From: a bacterium
GTDB taxonomy: Bacteria; Zhuqueibacterota; QNDG01; JABMRT01
NCBI GenBank assembly: GCA_011046415.1
Contig: DSAP01000090.1
Coordinates: forward strand, 4,590-68,589
DNA length: 64,000 bases
Direction: 5' to 3'
A model generated the notes under the pieces. It had not been told where the DNA came from. It was given only the letters and a program-made list of their open reading frames with translations, and did no database searches. Every line of letters starts with the position of its first letter. Position 1 is the stretch's first letter. Positions 19,224 to 29,176 of this stretch are shown here, piece by piece. The translations under genes were made by a program, and so were the position numbers.

Positions 19224-20126
19224 TTATCCCGCGATGGATTTTTGATGCTGGATCCGGGAGAACCTGCGTGCCGCGATGAATCCGTCAATCGCATAGATGC
19301 AGAGGGCCGTCCAGATGAACAGGAATCCGATGAGCCTGTTTTTTGAAAAAGGCTCATGATAGAGGAATACCCCGATCAGGAACTGGAGCGTGGGCGCAAC
19401 ATACTGGAGGAGTCCGATCAGCGAATAGGGGATCCGTCGCGCGGCGGATCCAAAGAGGAGGAGCGGGAGCGCGGTGGCCGGTCCCGATAAGGCGAGCAGG
19501 AGCGTCTGTCCCGCGGGACCGTTTCCGAAGGCACCGGCCTGAATGACCTGAAAATGGATCAGGAAACCGAGAGCCGGAAGGAACAGGATGGCGGTTTCGA
19601 GCGAGAGTCCCTCGATCGAATTCAGGGGCGCCGTCTTCCGGATCAATCCGTAGAAGGCGAACGAAAAGGCGAGCACGAGCGCGATCCAGGGCAGACGGCC
19701 GAAACGCAGCGTCAGATAGAGTACACCGGCGGCGGCCAGGATGACCGCGACACGCTGCCAGGGGCGCAGGGTTTCCCTGAGCACGAAGACACCGAGGAGC
19801 ACGGCCACGATCGGGTTGATGAAATAGCCGAGGCTTGATTCGATGATATGCCCGCTGTTGACGGCCCAGATATAGGTGCCCCAGTTCAGGGCGAGGAGCA
19901 GGGATGTCCCCAGGAAGATCAGGAAAATGACCGGCTGTTTATGGATCCGGGCGATCCATCCCCAATCTTTCATAAACAGGAGGATGATCAGGATGAAAAC
20001 GAGAGACCAGACCATGCGGTGGCAGAGGATCTGGAAGGATGAAACCGCGGCCAGGGCTTTCCAGTAGACGGGAAGCAGCCCCCAGATTCCATATGCCAAA
20101 AACCCGTAAACAATGCCGCGCTGCAT
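19224..20126 (-). CDS. rarD: EamA/RarD-family (drug/metabolite transporter) permease
   Basis: 10-TM protein with two EamA repeats; LAYGIWGLLPVYWK start typical of RarD. Confidence 0.75.
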   Translation of the reverse strand: MQRGIVYGFLAYGIWGLLPVYWKALAAVSSFQILCHRMVWSLVFILIILLFMKDWGWIARIHKQPVIFLIFLGTSLLLALNWGTYIWAVNSGHIIESSLGYFINPIVAVLLGVFVLRETLRPWQRVAVILAAAGVLYLTLRFGRLPWIALVLAFSFAFYGLIRKTAPLNSIEGLSLETAILFLPALGFLIHFQVIQAGAFGNGPAGQTLLLALSGPATALPLLLFGSAARRIPYSLIGLLQYVAPTLQFLIGVFLYHEPFSKNRLIGFLFIWTALCIYAIDGFIAARRFSRIQHQKSIAG

Positions 20127-20244
20127 GTCATCTTTCCGCATTGAAAAAACGAATCAAGTTATAAAAGAAAAGGCGCCCCTGCAAGTAAAAAAACCGGGTG
20201 ATCGGCTGCCAGTCCTGCAGGGATGAAATCAAACAGGCAGAAAA

Positions 20245-20288
20245 ATGTCAATACGGCATAAATAATCATACATTATGTCAATATGGCA
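20245..20288. promoter_or_regulatory. tandem direct repeats TGTCAATA(C/T)GGCA spaced 30 bp apart; candidate enhancer for the hsp20 sigma-54 promoter
   Basis: ATGTCAATACGGCA at 20245-20258 and ATGTCAATATGGCA at 20275-20288, 50-95 bp upstream of the -24 element. Confidence 0.35.
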
Positions 20289-20336
20289 AGCAATGAAAAG
20301 AACGTATAAACTCCATATATTTAGTTATATACATCG

Positions 20337-20352
20337 TGGCACACAGGTTGCA
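20337..20352 (+). promoter_or_regulatory. sigma-54 (-24/-12) promoter of the hsp20 operon
   Basis: TGGCAC-ACAGG-TTGCA: perfect GG-N10-GC spacing and near-consensus flanks, about 50 bp upstream of the first Hsp20 start. Confidence 0.6.
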
Positions 20353-20400
20353 TCTGCCTGATTTGGATCCACAAACCACCATTCAAAGGAGGTGTGAGCG

Positions 20401-20832
20401 ATGTACGTCAATCGATTTCTTAACCGAACGGAAACCTGGCGCTGGCTGGACGATCTGCAGCGGGAAATGAACCGTTTATTCGACGGGTACGGATTCACGC
20501 CGCAACGGGCTTTTCCAGCCGTGAACATCCGGGCCAATGCGGAAGAAGCCCTGGTTTCCGCAGAATTGCCAGGGGTGGAACTGAAGGATCTCCGCCTTTC
20601 CGTGATGAACAACACGCTGACGCTCGAAGGCGTGCGCAGGGGCGAACCCGTGAAAGAAGGAGAATCCGTCCATCGTCAGGAGAGGAAAATCGGGGATTTC
20701 AAACGATTTCTGGAACTGCCGTTTTCAGTGAATCCGGATCGAATCACCGCCGGTCTCAAGAACGGCATCCTGACGATCCGGCTGCCCCGCAGGGAAGAAG
20801 ACAAACCCAAATCCATCCAGATTCAGGGATAA
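20401..20832 (+). CDS. Hsp20/alpha-crystallin small heat-shock protein
   Basis: Alpha-crystallin domain (ALVSAELPGVELKDLRLSV...NGILTIRLP). Confidence 0.9.
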   Translation: MYVNRFLNRTETWRWLDDLQREMNRLFDGYGFTPQRAFPAVNIRANAEEALVSAELPGVELKDLRLSVMNNTLTLEGVRRGEPVKEGESVHRQERKIGDFKRFLELPFSVNPDRITAGLKNGILTIRLPRREEDKPKSIQIQG

Positions 20833-20839
20833 TCAGGAG

Positions 20840-21250
20840 GTGATCGCCATGGCTGAAAAGGCTGTTCAAAAAATGGAAAGCCAGGAAGTCGAACGGGTCG
20901 AACGAACCCGTTCAGGAAGGACTTTCCTGCCGCCGACGGACATCATCGAAACCGAAAGCGAGATCATTCTCCTTGCGGATATGCCGGGAGTCGATGAGAA
21001 GACCGTCGATATCATACTCGAGAATAAATTGCTGACGATTCAGGGGAATGTCGAAACCCGGGACGATAACAATCTCCAGACGGTGTATGCCGAATTCGAA
21101 TCCGGAGATTATTACCGCGCATTTACGCTGAGTGACGACATCGACCGGGAGAGGATCCAGGCCAAGCTGAAGAACGGCGTGCTGAAACTCGTTCTTCCCA
21201 AGGCGGAGACGGCGAAATCACGCAAGATTGCGGTCCACACCGGAGAATAA
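20840..21250 (+). CDS. Hsp20/alpha-crystallin small heat-shock protein
   Basis: Alpha-crystallin domain (IILLADMPGVDEKTVDI...NGVLKLVLPK). Confidence 0.85.
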   Translation: MIAMAEKAVQKMESQEVERVERTRSGRTFLPPTDIIETESEIILLADMPGVDEKTVDIILENKLLTIQGNVETRDDNNLQTVYAEFESGDYYRAFTLSDDIDRERIQAKLKNGVLKLVLPKAETAKSRKIAVHTGE

Positions 21251-21272
21251 AAGCATGAAAGGAGGGATTGCG

Positions 21273-21767
21273 ATGAAGATCAAAGAGCTGATTCCTGCGC
21301 AGTGGGGACGGAGTGAGGTGCCCGTCAGGCGGACGATGGACTCCAGTCCCCTCCTCGATTTGCAACGTGGAATGAATCGCATGTTCGACCAGTTTTTCGA
21401 CGATTTCACGGGGTCCCGGTTTCCGGAATCAGCCCGGAATGTCTATCCGCAGATCGACATCCGCGAAACCGATCAGGCCGTCGAGGTGTCGGCCGAATTG
21501 CCCGGACTCGAACGCGAAGATGTGGATATCTCGATCGCGGCAGACGTGCTGACAATCCGGGGCGAGAAACGGCAGGAGAAAGAGGAGAAAAACGGCGGAG
21601 TCCGTTATGTCGAACGCACCTATGGTGCATTCCGGCGCGAAATTCCGATCCGGGCCGAGATCGAAGTCGAGAAGGTGAACGCGAAAATGAAAAACGGCGT
21701 TCTGACCGTAACGCTGCCCAAGAAACCGGAAAGCCGGCGTATGGCCAGACGCATCGAAGTGCAATGA
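21273..21767 (+). CDS. Hsp20/alpha-crystallin small heat-shock protein
   Basis: AAAGGAGGG ribosome-binding site then ATG at 21273; VEVSAELPGLEREDVDI...NGVLTVTLPKK. Confidence 0.85.
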   Translation: MKIKELIPAQWGRSEVPVRRTMDSSPLLDLQRGMNRMFDQFFDDFTGSRFPESARNVYPQIDIRETDQAVEVSAELPGLEREDVDISIAADVLTIRGEKRQEKEEKNGGVRYVERTYGAFRREIPIRAEIEVEKVNAKMKNGVLTVTLPKKPESRRMARRIEVQ

Positions 21768-21774
21768 AACGGTC

Positions 21775-21817
21775 GCAGCCGGTGTACGGTCCGTACACCG
21801 GCTGCGTTTTTGCTTTT
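21775..21817. terminator. strong rho-independent terminator between the convergent hsp20 operon and GH3 gene
   Basis: 13-bp GC-rich stem GCAGCCGGTGTAC / GTACACCGGCTGC, 5-nt loop, followed by GTTTTTGCTTTT; an A-run on the other side makes it usable from both directions. Confidence 0.75.
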
Positions 21818-21826
21818 ATTGTCCCC

Positions 21827-24463
21827 TTATCTGTACAGGATCCGATCCCCGAGGACTTCAAATCTCCCGGTGAGACTGCCCGTGGTCTCCGCATCGGCAC
21901 TGCCGGAAAAGCCGGGTTGTTTGCCCCCGACGGCAATTTCGAAGAAACCGGGTTCGAGGATCTGATTGGCGGAATCATCCCAGAATGCGAGCTGTCGGGG
22001 TGTCAGCGTGAAGGCAACTTCCTTTTTTTGTCCGGGTGCGAGATGGATCCGCCGGAATCCCTGCAGGGAGCGGATGGGAACGGGAAATGACGCCTCGACA
22101 TCCGAGACATAGAGCTGTACGACTTCGTCGCCCGCCATGCCGCCCGCATTCTCCACCGTCACCGAGACACAGACATCTTCACCCGCCGTGACCGTATCGG
22201 GAATCTGCAACTCCGAATACACGAAACGGGTATAGCTGAGTCCGTGTCCGAAAGGATACAGGGGGTCTCCCGTGAAATAACGGTAAGTCCGTTCTTCCAT
22301 GGCATAATCCTCGAAAGGCGGAAGCTGATCCAGCGATTTGTAGACCGTGACCGGAAGGCGTCCGGCCGGGTTGCAGTCGCCGAAGAGCACATCCGCGATG
22401 GCGGTGCCTCCTTCCTGGCCCGGATACCAGACCTGGAGGATCGCTGGCAGATTCCGGTCGGCCCAGTTCACGGTCACGGCACTGCCGCTCATCAGGACGA
22501 GCACCACGGATTTCCCCGTCATTTTCAGGGCCTTTAGCAATTCCACCTGGATGTCCGGCAGGTCGATGCGGGTCCGGTCTCCGCCGGTGAATCCTTCGAT
22601 CCGGACGGGCATCTCCTCGCCTTCGAGCATTGCGCCGATACCGCCCGCGAAAACAATCAGATCCGAATTCTTCGCCGCCTCGATCGCGTCCCGGAAAGGA
22701 TCCCCCCCGATTTCAGACCATTCGAACCGGATCCATGCGGCTCCCTGATTCTGATAATACTCGACCGTGACGGGGAGGGCTTCCTTCGCCTTGAGCGAGA
22801 CCGTGGCGGTCCGGATCTCGATGTCGTGATCGGACCAGTTGTCGATGAGCGTATCCCCGTTCACGATGAGCCGGTAACCGTCGTCTCCCATCAGGGAGAA
22901 TCGGTAATTCCCGCCCTTGGGGGCGATGAGTTCGCCCTGCCATCTCACGGAGAAATTGGCATGGCCGAGTCCGGGAACGGCGCTGCGCCACCAGTTGCTG
23001 TCGATTTCCCGGTCCACGCGCACGTGGAGGGGTTCTCCCTCAAGCGCCTGATTCATGTAGTATTCCGCCCTGAGGCCGGCCTGGCCGTTCGTCCTGAGTA
23101 CACCGGCGGGCACCAGTTCGGCCGGCGGGTTTTTATCCACATAATTGCATCCGCGTGCATACAAGACCCGGGTGTTCTTCCCGACTTTATTTTGTATTCC
23201 CTCGAGCACGGTGACCGATTTGGAAGGCGTGCCGTTGTAATTCCCGAGCAGGACGAACCGGTTATCCGCGTTCGGACCGATCACCGCGATGGTCTTGATA
23301 TCCCGTTTCAACGGAAGCAGCCCGTCGTTCTTGAGCAACACGAGCGATTCCCGGGCGGCCCGGACCGAGAGGGCCCGGTGCGCTTCACAGTCGTTTTTTT
23401 CAAAAGGTATCCGGGCATAGGCCACCCGTTCGGGCGGGTCGAACATACCCAGCCTGATACGCGCCGTAAAGAGCCTGCGGAGGGCGACGTCGAGTTCCGC
23501 CTCGGTGATGAAACCGCGCCGGACGGCCTGTTTCAGGTCGCGGTATGAATTGCCGCATTCCAGGTCGGTGCCGGATTTCACGGAGAGGGCCGAGGCCTCG
23601 GCCGCGTCGCCGACGATCCGGTGGTGCCGATAGATGTCATCGATCGCCCCGCAATCCGAAACGATGTACCCCTCGAATCCCCAGTCATTCCGCAGGATGT
23701 CCCTGAGCAGCCTCGGGCCGGCGCAGCAGGCCTCCCCGAGATAGCGGTTGTAGGCGCACATGACAGACCAGGCGCCGGCCTCCTCGACGGTCGCCCTGAA
23801 TGCGGGGAGGTAGGTGTCGTACAGGTCGCGCAGGTCGGTGACGGCGTCGAAGTGGTGCCGGTCGGGTTCCGGGCCGCTGTGTACGGCGTAATGTTTCGGG
23901 GTGGAGACGACCTTGAGGTAATGCGGATCGTCTCCCTGAAGGCCTTTGACGAACGCCACGCCCATGCGTCCGGTCAGGTAGGGGTCTTCGCCGTAGGTTT
24001 CCTGCCCCCGGCCCCAGCGCGGATCCCGGAAGATGTTGATGTTGGGGCTCCACATGGTCAGGCCCTTGTACCGCCCGAAATCGCCCTGCCGGACGAATTC
24101 GTGATGTTTCGCGCGGGCTTCGGTCGAAGTCACGTCGGCCACCTCGAACATCAGGTCCGTATTCCAGGTCGCGGCGAGGCCGATAGCCTGGGGAAAGACC
24201 GTGGCGATTCCCGCGCGGGCCACGCCGTGCAGGCATTCGTTCCACCAGTTGTATTCCGGAATGCCGAGCCGGGGGATGGCGCGGGCGACATCCATCATCT
24301 GGGAGATTTTTTCCTCCAGCGTCATGCGGGAGATCAGGTCGTCCACCCGTTGTGAGACCGGCAGATCGGGATTCAGATAGGCCGGGCCCTCCTCTGCGAT
24401 GGAGAGTTGCATACCGGTCAGCGCGAGAAAGACGATTAAGAGGAAGACAGGTTTTCGTTTCAT
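21827..24463 (-). CDS. glycoside hydrolase family 3 beta-glucosidase/xylosidase with PA14-like insertion
   Basis: Signal peptide MKRKPVFLLIVFLALTG; GH3 N-domain motifs (RDPRWGRGQETYGEDP, KHYAVHSGPE), catalytic GFEGYIVSDCGAI, C-terminal fibronectin-like domain. Confidence 0.85.
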   Translation of the reverse strand: MKRKPVFLLIVFLALTGMQLSIAEEGPAYLNPDLPVSQRVDDLISRMTLEEKISQMMDVARAIPRLGIPEYNWWNECLHGVARAGIATVFPQAIGLAATWNTDLMFEVADVTSTEARAKHHEFVRQGDFGRYKGLTMWSPNINIFRDPRWGRGQETYGEDPYLTGRMGVAFVKGLQGDDPHYLKVVSTPKHYAVHSGPEPDRHHFDAVTDLRDLYDTYLPAFRATVEEAGAWSVMCAYNRYLGEACCAGPRLLRDILRNDWGFEGYIVSDCGAIDDIYRHHRIVGDAAEASALSVKSGTDLECGNSYRDLKQAVRRGFITEAELDVALRRLFTARIRLGMFDPPERVAYARIPFEKNDCEAHRALSVRAARESLVLLKNDGLLPLKRDIKTIAVIGPNADNRFVLLGNYNGTPSKSVTVLEGIQNKVGKNTRVLYARGCNYVDKNPPAELVPAGVLRTNGQAGLRAEYYMNQALEGEPLHVRVDREIDSNWWRSAVPGLGHANFSVRWQGELIAPKGGNYRFSLMGDDGYRLIVNGDTLIDNWSDHDIEIRTATVSLKAKEALPVTVEYYQNQGAAWIRFEWSEIGGDPFRDAIEAAKNSDLIVFAGGIGAMLEGEEMPVRIEGFTGGDRTRIDLPDIQVELLKALKMTGKSVVLVLMSGSAVTVNWADRNLPAILQVWYPGQEGGTAIADVLFGDCNPAGRLPVTVYKSLDQLPPFEDYAMEERTYRYFTGDPLYPFGHGLSYTRFVYSELQIPDTVTAGEDVCVSVTVENAGGMAGDEVVQLYVSDVEASFPVPIRSLQGFRRIHLAPGQKKEVAFTLTPRQLAFWDDSANQILEPGFFEIAVGGKQPGFSGSADAETTGSLTGRFEVLGDRILYR

Positions 24464-24631
24464 GGTATGGCTCCTATTGTGTTGTCTTCTATTTCTGAAT
24501 TGGGTTGATGGACTAAGTGGATGATATGGGCGTGGTGCATCGATTTCCCTCCACATTGGCGATCCTTTTCACCCGGGAAGAAATATAGATCGCAATACAT
24601 GGCATTGATTATCCCCGACGAACTGAATAGT

Positions 24632-24653
24632 TGCCGGCATAGTACTGCCGGCA
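24632..24653 (-). terminator. hairpin (TGCCGGCA-TAGTAC-TGCCGGCA) downstream of the 24724 gene
   Basis: 8-bp self-complementary GC stem with a 6-nt loop; modest U-tract on the minus strand. Confidence 0.3.
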
Positions 24654-24723
24654 CTCAACCCGTTCAGGCTGCGGACGGGTCAATCTGCCGGTCAATCCTC
24701 GATAATATCGTCCGCCAGGATTA

Positions 24724-25125
24724 TTACACCGTCCCCAGACTCAGGTCGCCGTGCAGCTTGAGGAGATGCCCATCCCGGTCGATCCAGAGATCCCTGTCGG
24801 GGAAGAATTCCTTCAATTTTTTCTGGATATGCCGCATCGCGAGTTCCTCGATCCGTGTCCTGACTTCTTCGGAGATCTTTTCGAGCGTCACCATGCGGAT
24901 GTCGATGACATAGCCCTTCCCGCGTTCCGAACCCAGGCCGAGGGTGAAATTGGCCGTGATGTCGAACAGGCCGTCATGGGACCGGTTTGCGGTCGCGCCC
25001 CGTCCCCGGCGGGCGGGATGGAGGTGATATTTGTGACCGTAAGCATCCTCGAGTACTTCGTCGAGATCGTCCAGGAGCCGTTTCAGCTTCTGTTCCCAGA
25101 GGCGGAGATGGGGGTGCTGGACCAT
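24724..25125 (-). CDS. hypothetical protein
   Basis: 133-aa ORF from MVQHPHL downstream of glnS; charged, helical-looking, no recognisable motif. Confidence 0.35.
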   Translation of the reverse strand: MVQHPHLRLWEQKLKRLLDDLDEVLEDAYGHKYHLHPARRGRGATANRSHDGLFDITANFTLGLGSERGKGYVIDIRMVTLEKISEEVRTRIEELAMRHIQKKLKEFFPDRDLWIDRDGHLLKLHGDLSLGTV

Positions 25126-25202
25126 AATCCTCAATCTTTGCGGAGGAACGGCTTTTCCGGAGAAGGAGAGCGGCCGGAAATGCTGTTTCCAACCAATCGG
25201 TT

Positions 25203-26879
25203 TTATCTGTTCATTTTTCCTTCGATCTTCGCCCAGGTGTCCCGCAGGGTGACGGTCCGGTTGAAAACCGGACGGTCGGGCCGTGAATCCGGATCGGCGC
25301 AGAAATATCCCTTTCGTTCGAACTGGCAGCGATAACCGGGGGAAACATCCTTCAGGCAAGGCTCGATCTTGGCGGTCACGACTTCCAGAGACCGGGGATT
25401 CAGATGCGCCAGCCAGTCCGTTTCGGACGCCGGGTCGGGCACGGTGAAGAGGCGGTCGTACAGCCGCACCTCGGCGTCGGCCGCATGCGCCGCGGAGACC
25501 CAGTGCAGGGTGCCTTTGACTTTTCTTCCGTCCGGGGAATCGCCGCCGTGGGTTTCCGGATCATAGGTGCACCGGAGTTCAACGACTCTTCCATCCGCGT
25601 CCTTCACGACATCCCGGCAGGTGATGAAGTAGGCGTAACGCAGACGGACTTCCCGTCCCGGAGAGAGGCGGTGGAATTTGGGGGGCGGGTCCTCCCTGAA
25701 ATCTTCCTGTTCGATATAGAGTTCCCGGCCGAAGGGCACCCTGCGCGTGCCTTCTGCCGGGTCTTCGGGATTGTTGATGCAGTCGAGTTCCTCGGACCGG
25801 CCTTCCGGATAATTGGTGATCACGACCCGGAGGGGATCCAGGACGGCCATGGCACGCGGGGCGGATTTGTTCAGATGCTCACGCACGCAGTATTCGAGCA
25901 TGGACATATCCACCAGGCTGTCCCGCTTCGCCACGCCGATCATCTCAGCGAAATTCCGTATGGATTCGGGCGTATATCCGCGGCGCCGCATCCCGGACAG
26001 GGTCGGCATGCGCGGGTCGTCCCATCCCGAGACGCGGCCTTCCCTGACCAGTTGGAGGAGTTTGCGTTTGCTCATCACGGTGAAGGCCAGGTTGAGCCGG
26101 GCGAATTCGATCTGCTGCGGATGATAGATTTCCAGTTTGTCCAGAAACCAGTCATACAGGGGGCGGTGGTCTTCGAATTCGAGCGTGCAGATCGAATGGG
26201 TCACGCGTTCGATCGAATCTTCGAGGCCGTGCGCCCAGTCGTACATGGGGTAGACGCACCAGGCGTCTCCGGTGCGGTGATGCGCGGCGTGAAGGATCCG
26301 GTACATGACCGGATCGCGCAAATTGATATTGGATGCGGCCATGTCGATTTTCGCGCGGAGTACCTTCGATCCGTCCGGAAATTCACCGGCTTTCATCCGT
26401 TCGAACAGATCCAGGTTCTCGTCGATGGAACGATTCCGGTACGGACTCTCCCTGCCGGGTTTGGTCAGCGTGCCGCGCGCCTCGCGGATCTGTTCGGAGG
26501 TCTGGTCGTCCACATAGGCGAAACCCTTCCGGATCAGCGCGACGGCGTGATCGAACATCAGTCCGAAATAATCCGACGCATAATAGAGGTGATCGCCCCA
26601 GTCGAATCCGAGCCACCGGACATCTTCGATGATCGACCGGACATATTCATCCTCTTCCCTGGTCGGATTGGTGTCGTCGAAACGCAGGTGGCAGACGCCC
26701 CCGAATTCCAGCGCCATGCCGAAATTCAGGCAGATCGATTTGGCGTGGCCGATATGGAGGTATCCGTTCGGTTCCGGCGGGAAACGCGTGACGACGCGGC
26801 CCTCCCATTTGCCGGTCCGGTTGTCCTCGCGGATGATTTCGCGGATAAAATGGGGGATTCTCTCGTCCGAGGCGCTCAT
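25203..26879 (-). CDS. glnS: glutamine--tRNA ligase
   Basis: HIGH motif ([12 protein letters not shown]), VMSKR (KMSKS) motif, and near-collinear similarity to E. coli GlnRS through the C-terminal anticodon-binding barrels ([13 protein letters not shown]). Confidence 0.9.
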   Translation of the reverse strand: MSASDERIPHFIREIIREDNRTGKWEGRVVTRFPPEPNGYLHIGHAKSICLNFGMALEFGGVCHLRFDDTNPTREEDEYVRSIIEDVRWLGFDWGDHLYYASDYFGLMFDHAVALIRKGFAYVDDQTSEQIREARGTLTKPGRESPYRNRSIDENLDLFERMKAGEFPDGSKVLRAKIDMAASNINLRDPVMYRILHAAHHRTGDAWCVYPMYDWAHGLEDSIERVTHSICTLEFEDHRPLYDWFLDKLEIYHPQQIEFARLNLAFTVMSKRKLLQLVREGRVSGWDDPRMPTLSGMRRRGYTPESIRNFAEMIGVAKRDSLVDMSMLEYCVREHLNKSAPRAMAVLDPLRVVITNYPEGRSEELDCINNPEDPAEGTRRVPFGRELYIEQEDFREDPPPKFHRLSPGREVRLRYAYFITCRDVVKDADGRVVELRCTYDPETHGGDSPDGRKVKGTLHWVSAAHAADAEVRLYDRLFTVPDPASETDWLAHLNPRSLEVVTAKIEPCLKDVSPGYRCQFERKGYFCADPDSRPDRPVFNRTVTLRDTWAKIEGKMNR

Positions 26880-27192
26880 GGATTCTGTGTACTCCCGGAA
26901 AACTAGGTAAACTTGGTTGAATGACTCATCGTCCGAACCCATATAAAATAATAAATCGAGATGCCATTTTCAATCGGAGATTATGAAACGGCCGGGGTTT
27001 GCCGTGCAGGGTGACCGGAACAGTGGAGGGAAACGGACGGATCCGAAAAGAAAAATGACATTCTTTTACAGTCTGTGTCGAGAACATATCGTATATTTTA
27101 ATAAGGAAAGTAAAAATAACGCAAACGAAGCATGATGTACGGATCCGGCTCTGTGATCGGAATGGGGACGGATCTGTCCATGGAGGTGCAAC

Positions 27193-29091
27193 ATGAAACG
27201 TGTCGTAAAATGGGGTCTCTTCCCGATTCTCGGCCTGCTGTCCTTAATCTGGTTTCTGATCCGCGTGATTCCCAAGCCGAGCCGTGTCACCTATCCCTGC
27301 ATCCAGGCGACGGCGCCCCTGGCCTCATCGTTCGTCCTCTGGCTGATGGGCCTGTTTTCCTCCGTGGTTTTGTTCAGGAAAGCGCGGGAATACCGGCTTC
27401 AGTCCCGGCATGGACTTTTCTCTCTGGCCGCGGTGGCGGGGGCGCTATTGTTTCTGATTTCATTCCTTCAGGACACGCATCCGGTCAAGGCCTTTCCCGT
27501 TTCGACGCTCGAAGGACCCAATCAGCCGATCGGGGAGGGAAAAGGCGTCCATCCCGGACGGGTGGTCTGGGTTCATGATCCCGATGCGACCAACGCCGAT
27601 TACAGTGCGTCCTGGATGAACTACTGGTATCAGGATGTCCATACGAATCAGGATGCCGTGAACCGGATGTTCTCGGACGGACTGCGGCGGTTGACGGGGG
27701 ATACCTCCGACGCCGCCGCCTGGGATTCAATTTTCCGCTATCACAATAACAGCACCGGCAAAGGGGACGTCGGGTATCAGGCCGGAGAGAAAATCGTCAT
27801 CAAGATCAATCTGAACGGACGGAACAATTATCCCCAGGAACCCAACATCAATACGTCCCCTCAAATCTGTTACACCGTGCTGGATCAGTTGATTCGTGTC
27901 GTGGGTGTGGCCCAGGCCGATATCCACATCGGCGATCCCAACATCGATTTCGACACCCCTCACTGGAACAAATGCCATTCCGCGTTTCCCGATGTAAAAT
28001 ACTGGGGGACGGGGGCCGGTCGCACCCCTCCGGTCCGATCGGAGGAAAAGGTGCTCTTTACCAGCGACGGTTCCATCGGCGACTGGCTGCCTCAAAGTTA
28101 TCTGGATGCCGCCTATATGATCAACATTCCTGTATTCAAAAAGCACCATCGCTCCGGGATATCATTGTCGAGCAAGAACCATTTCGGATCCGTTACCCCC
28201 TTCAATCAGGGCGCATGGCACTGGCATCCCAGTCTGCCCTGTCCTGACGGCGGTGCGGATGTGAGCAACGGCGAGATGGGCGCATACCGGTGTTTCGTCG
28301 ATCTCATGGGGCACAAGGATCTGGGCGGAAAGACGATCCTCCATCTCGTCGACGGTTTATGGGGTTCCACAAACTGGGGGCATCCTCCCGTCAAATGGCG
28401 CATGACGCCGTTCCACGACGACTGGCCCTCGTCGCTCTTTCTCTCCCAGGATCCGGTGGCCGTCGAATCCGTCTGCTTTGACTTTTTGTATCATGAATTC
28501 GATTCAAGTCACCCGACCGAAGGCGCGTATGACCGGCGGGACAATTCCGGTCCTTTCCCTCAATATGCGGGGACCCAGGATTATTTGCATCAGGCCGCGG
28601 ATTCCCGGAACTGGCCGGCCGGCATCCAGTATGATCCGGAAAACGACGGCACGATCCTGCCCGCGAGTCTGGGAGTCCACGAACACTGGAACAATCCCGA
28701 GGACAAGCAGTATTCTCGGAATCTCGGTCTGGACACGGGGATCGAACTGTTGCTGATATCGGGGTCGTCCGCGGTCGGGGATCCCGGGACAGGCATGGTT
28801 CGGGGATTCATCCTGGAACAGAACTATCCCAATCCGTTCAACCCGATGACCGAGATCCGCTACCGGCTGTTTTCCTCCGCCTCGGTATCCCTGGCGATCT
28901 ATCGGGCAGACGGGCGGCGGATCCGCACCCTGGCCGAAGGATCCCAGGATGCCGGGATCCACGTCCGGCAATGGGACGGTCTGACCGACAGCGGCCTTCC
29001 CGCGGCCTCGGGTGTGTATTTCTGCCGGATCGATGTGAGGAATGAGGACGGGATTTCCCAACAGGTACGCAAGATGGTTCTGAACCGGTAG
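27193..29091 (+). CDS. DUF362-domain protein with N-terminal hydrophobic segments and a C-terminal T9SS sorting domain
   Basis: Three N-terminal hydrophobic helices, DUF362 core (HFGSVTPFNQGAWHWHP...GHKDLGGKTILHLVDGLWG), C-terminal ILEQNYPNPFNPMTEIRY (T9SS type-A sorting-domain hallmark). TAG stop. Confidence 0.7.
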   Translation: MKRVVKWGLFPILGLLSLIWFLIRVIPKPSRVTYPCIQATAPLASSFVLWLMGLFSSVVLFRKAREYRLQSRHGLFSLAAVAGALLFLISFLQDTHPVKAFPVSTLEGPNQPIGEGKGVHPGRVVWVHDPDATNADYSASWMNYWYQDVHTNQDAVNRMFSDGLRRLTGDTSDAAAWDSIFRYHNNSTGKGDVGYQAGEKIVIKINLNGRNNYPQEPNINTSPQICYTVLDQLIRVVGVAQADIHIGDPNIDFDTPHWNKCHSAFPDVKYWGTGAGRTPPVRSEEKVLFTSDGSIGDWLPQSYLDAAYMINIPVFKKHHRSGISLSSKNHFGSVTPFNQGAWHWHPSLPCPDGGADVSNGEMGAYRCFVDLMGHKDLGGKTILHLVDGLWGSTNWGHPPVKWRMTPFHDDWPSSLFLSQDPVAVESVCFDFLYHEFDSSHPTEGAYDRRDNSGPFPQYAGTQDYLHQAADSRNWPAGIQYDPENDGTILPASLGVHEHWNNPEDKQYSRNLGLDTGIELLLISGSSAVGDPGTGMVRGFILEQNYPNPFNPMTEIRYRLFSSASVSLAIYRADGRRIRTLAEGSQDAGIHVRQWDGLTDSGLPAASGVYFCRIDVRNEDGISQQVRKMVLNR

Positions 29092-29176
29092 GATTCCGGG
29101 ATTATAATTTTAACCGGGAGGACGGTCGTCAACCGTCCCTCCCGGGTTTTATTCTTACGTATGCGATGGAGGCCTT

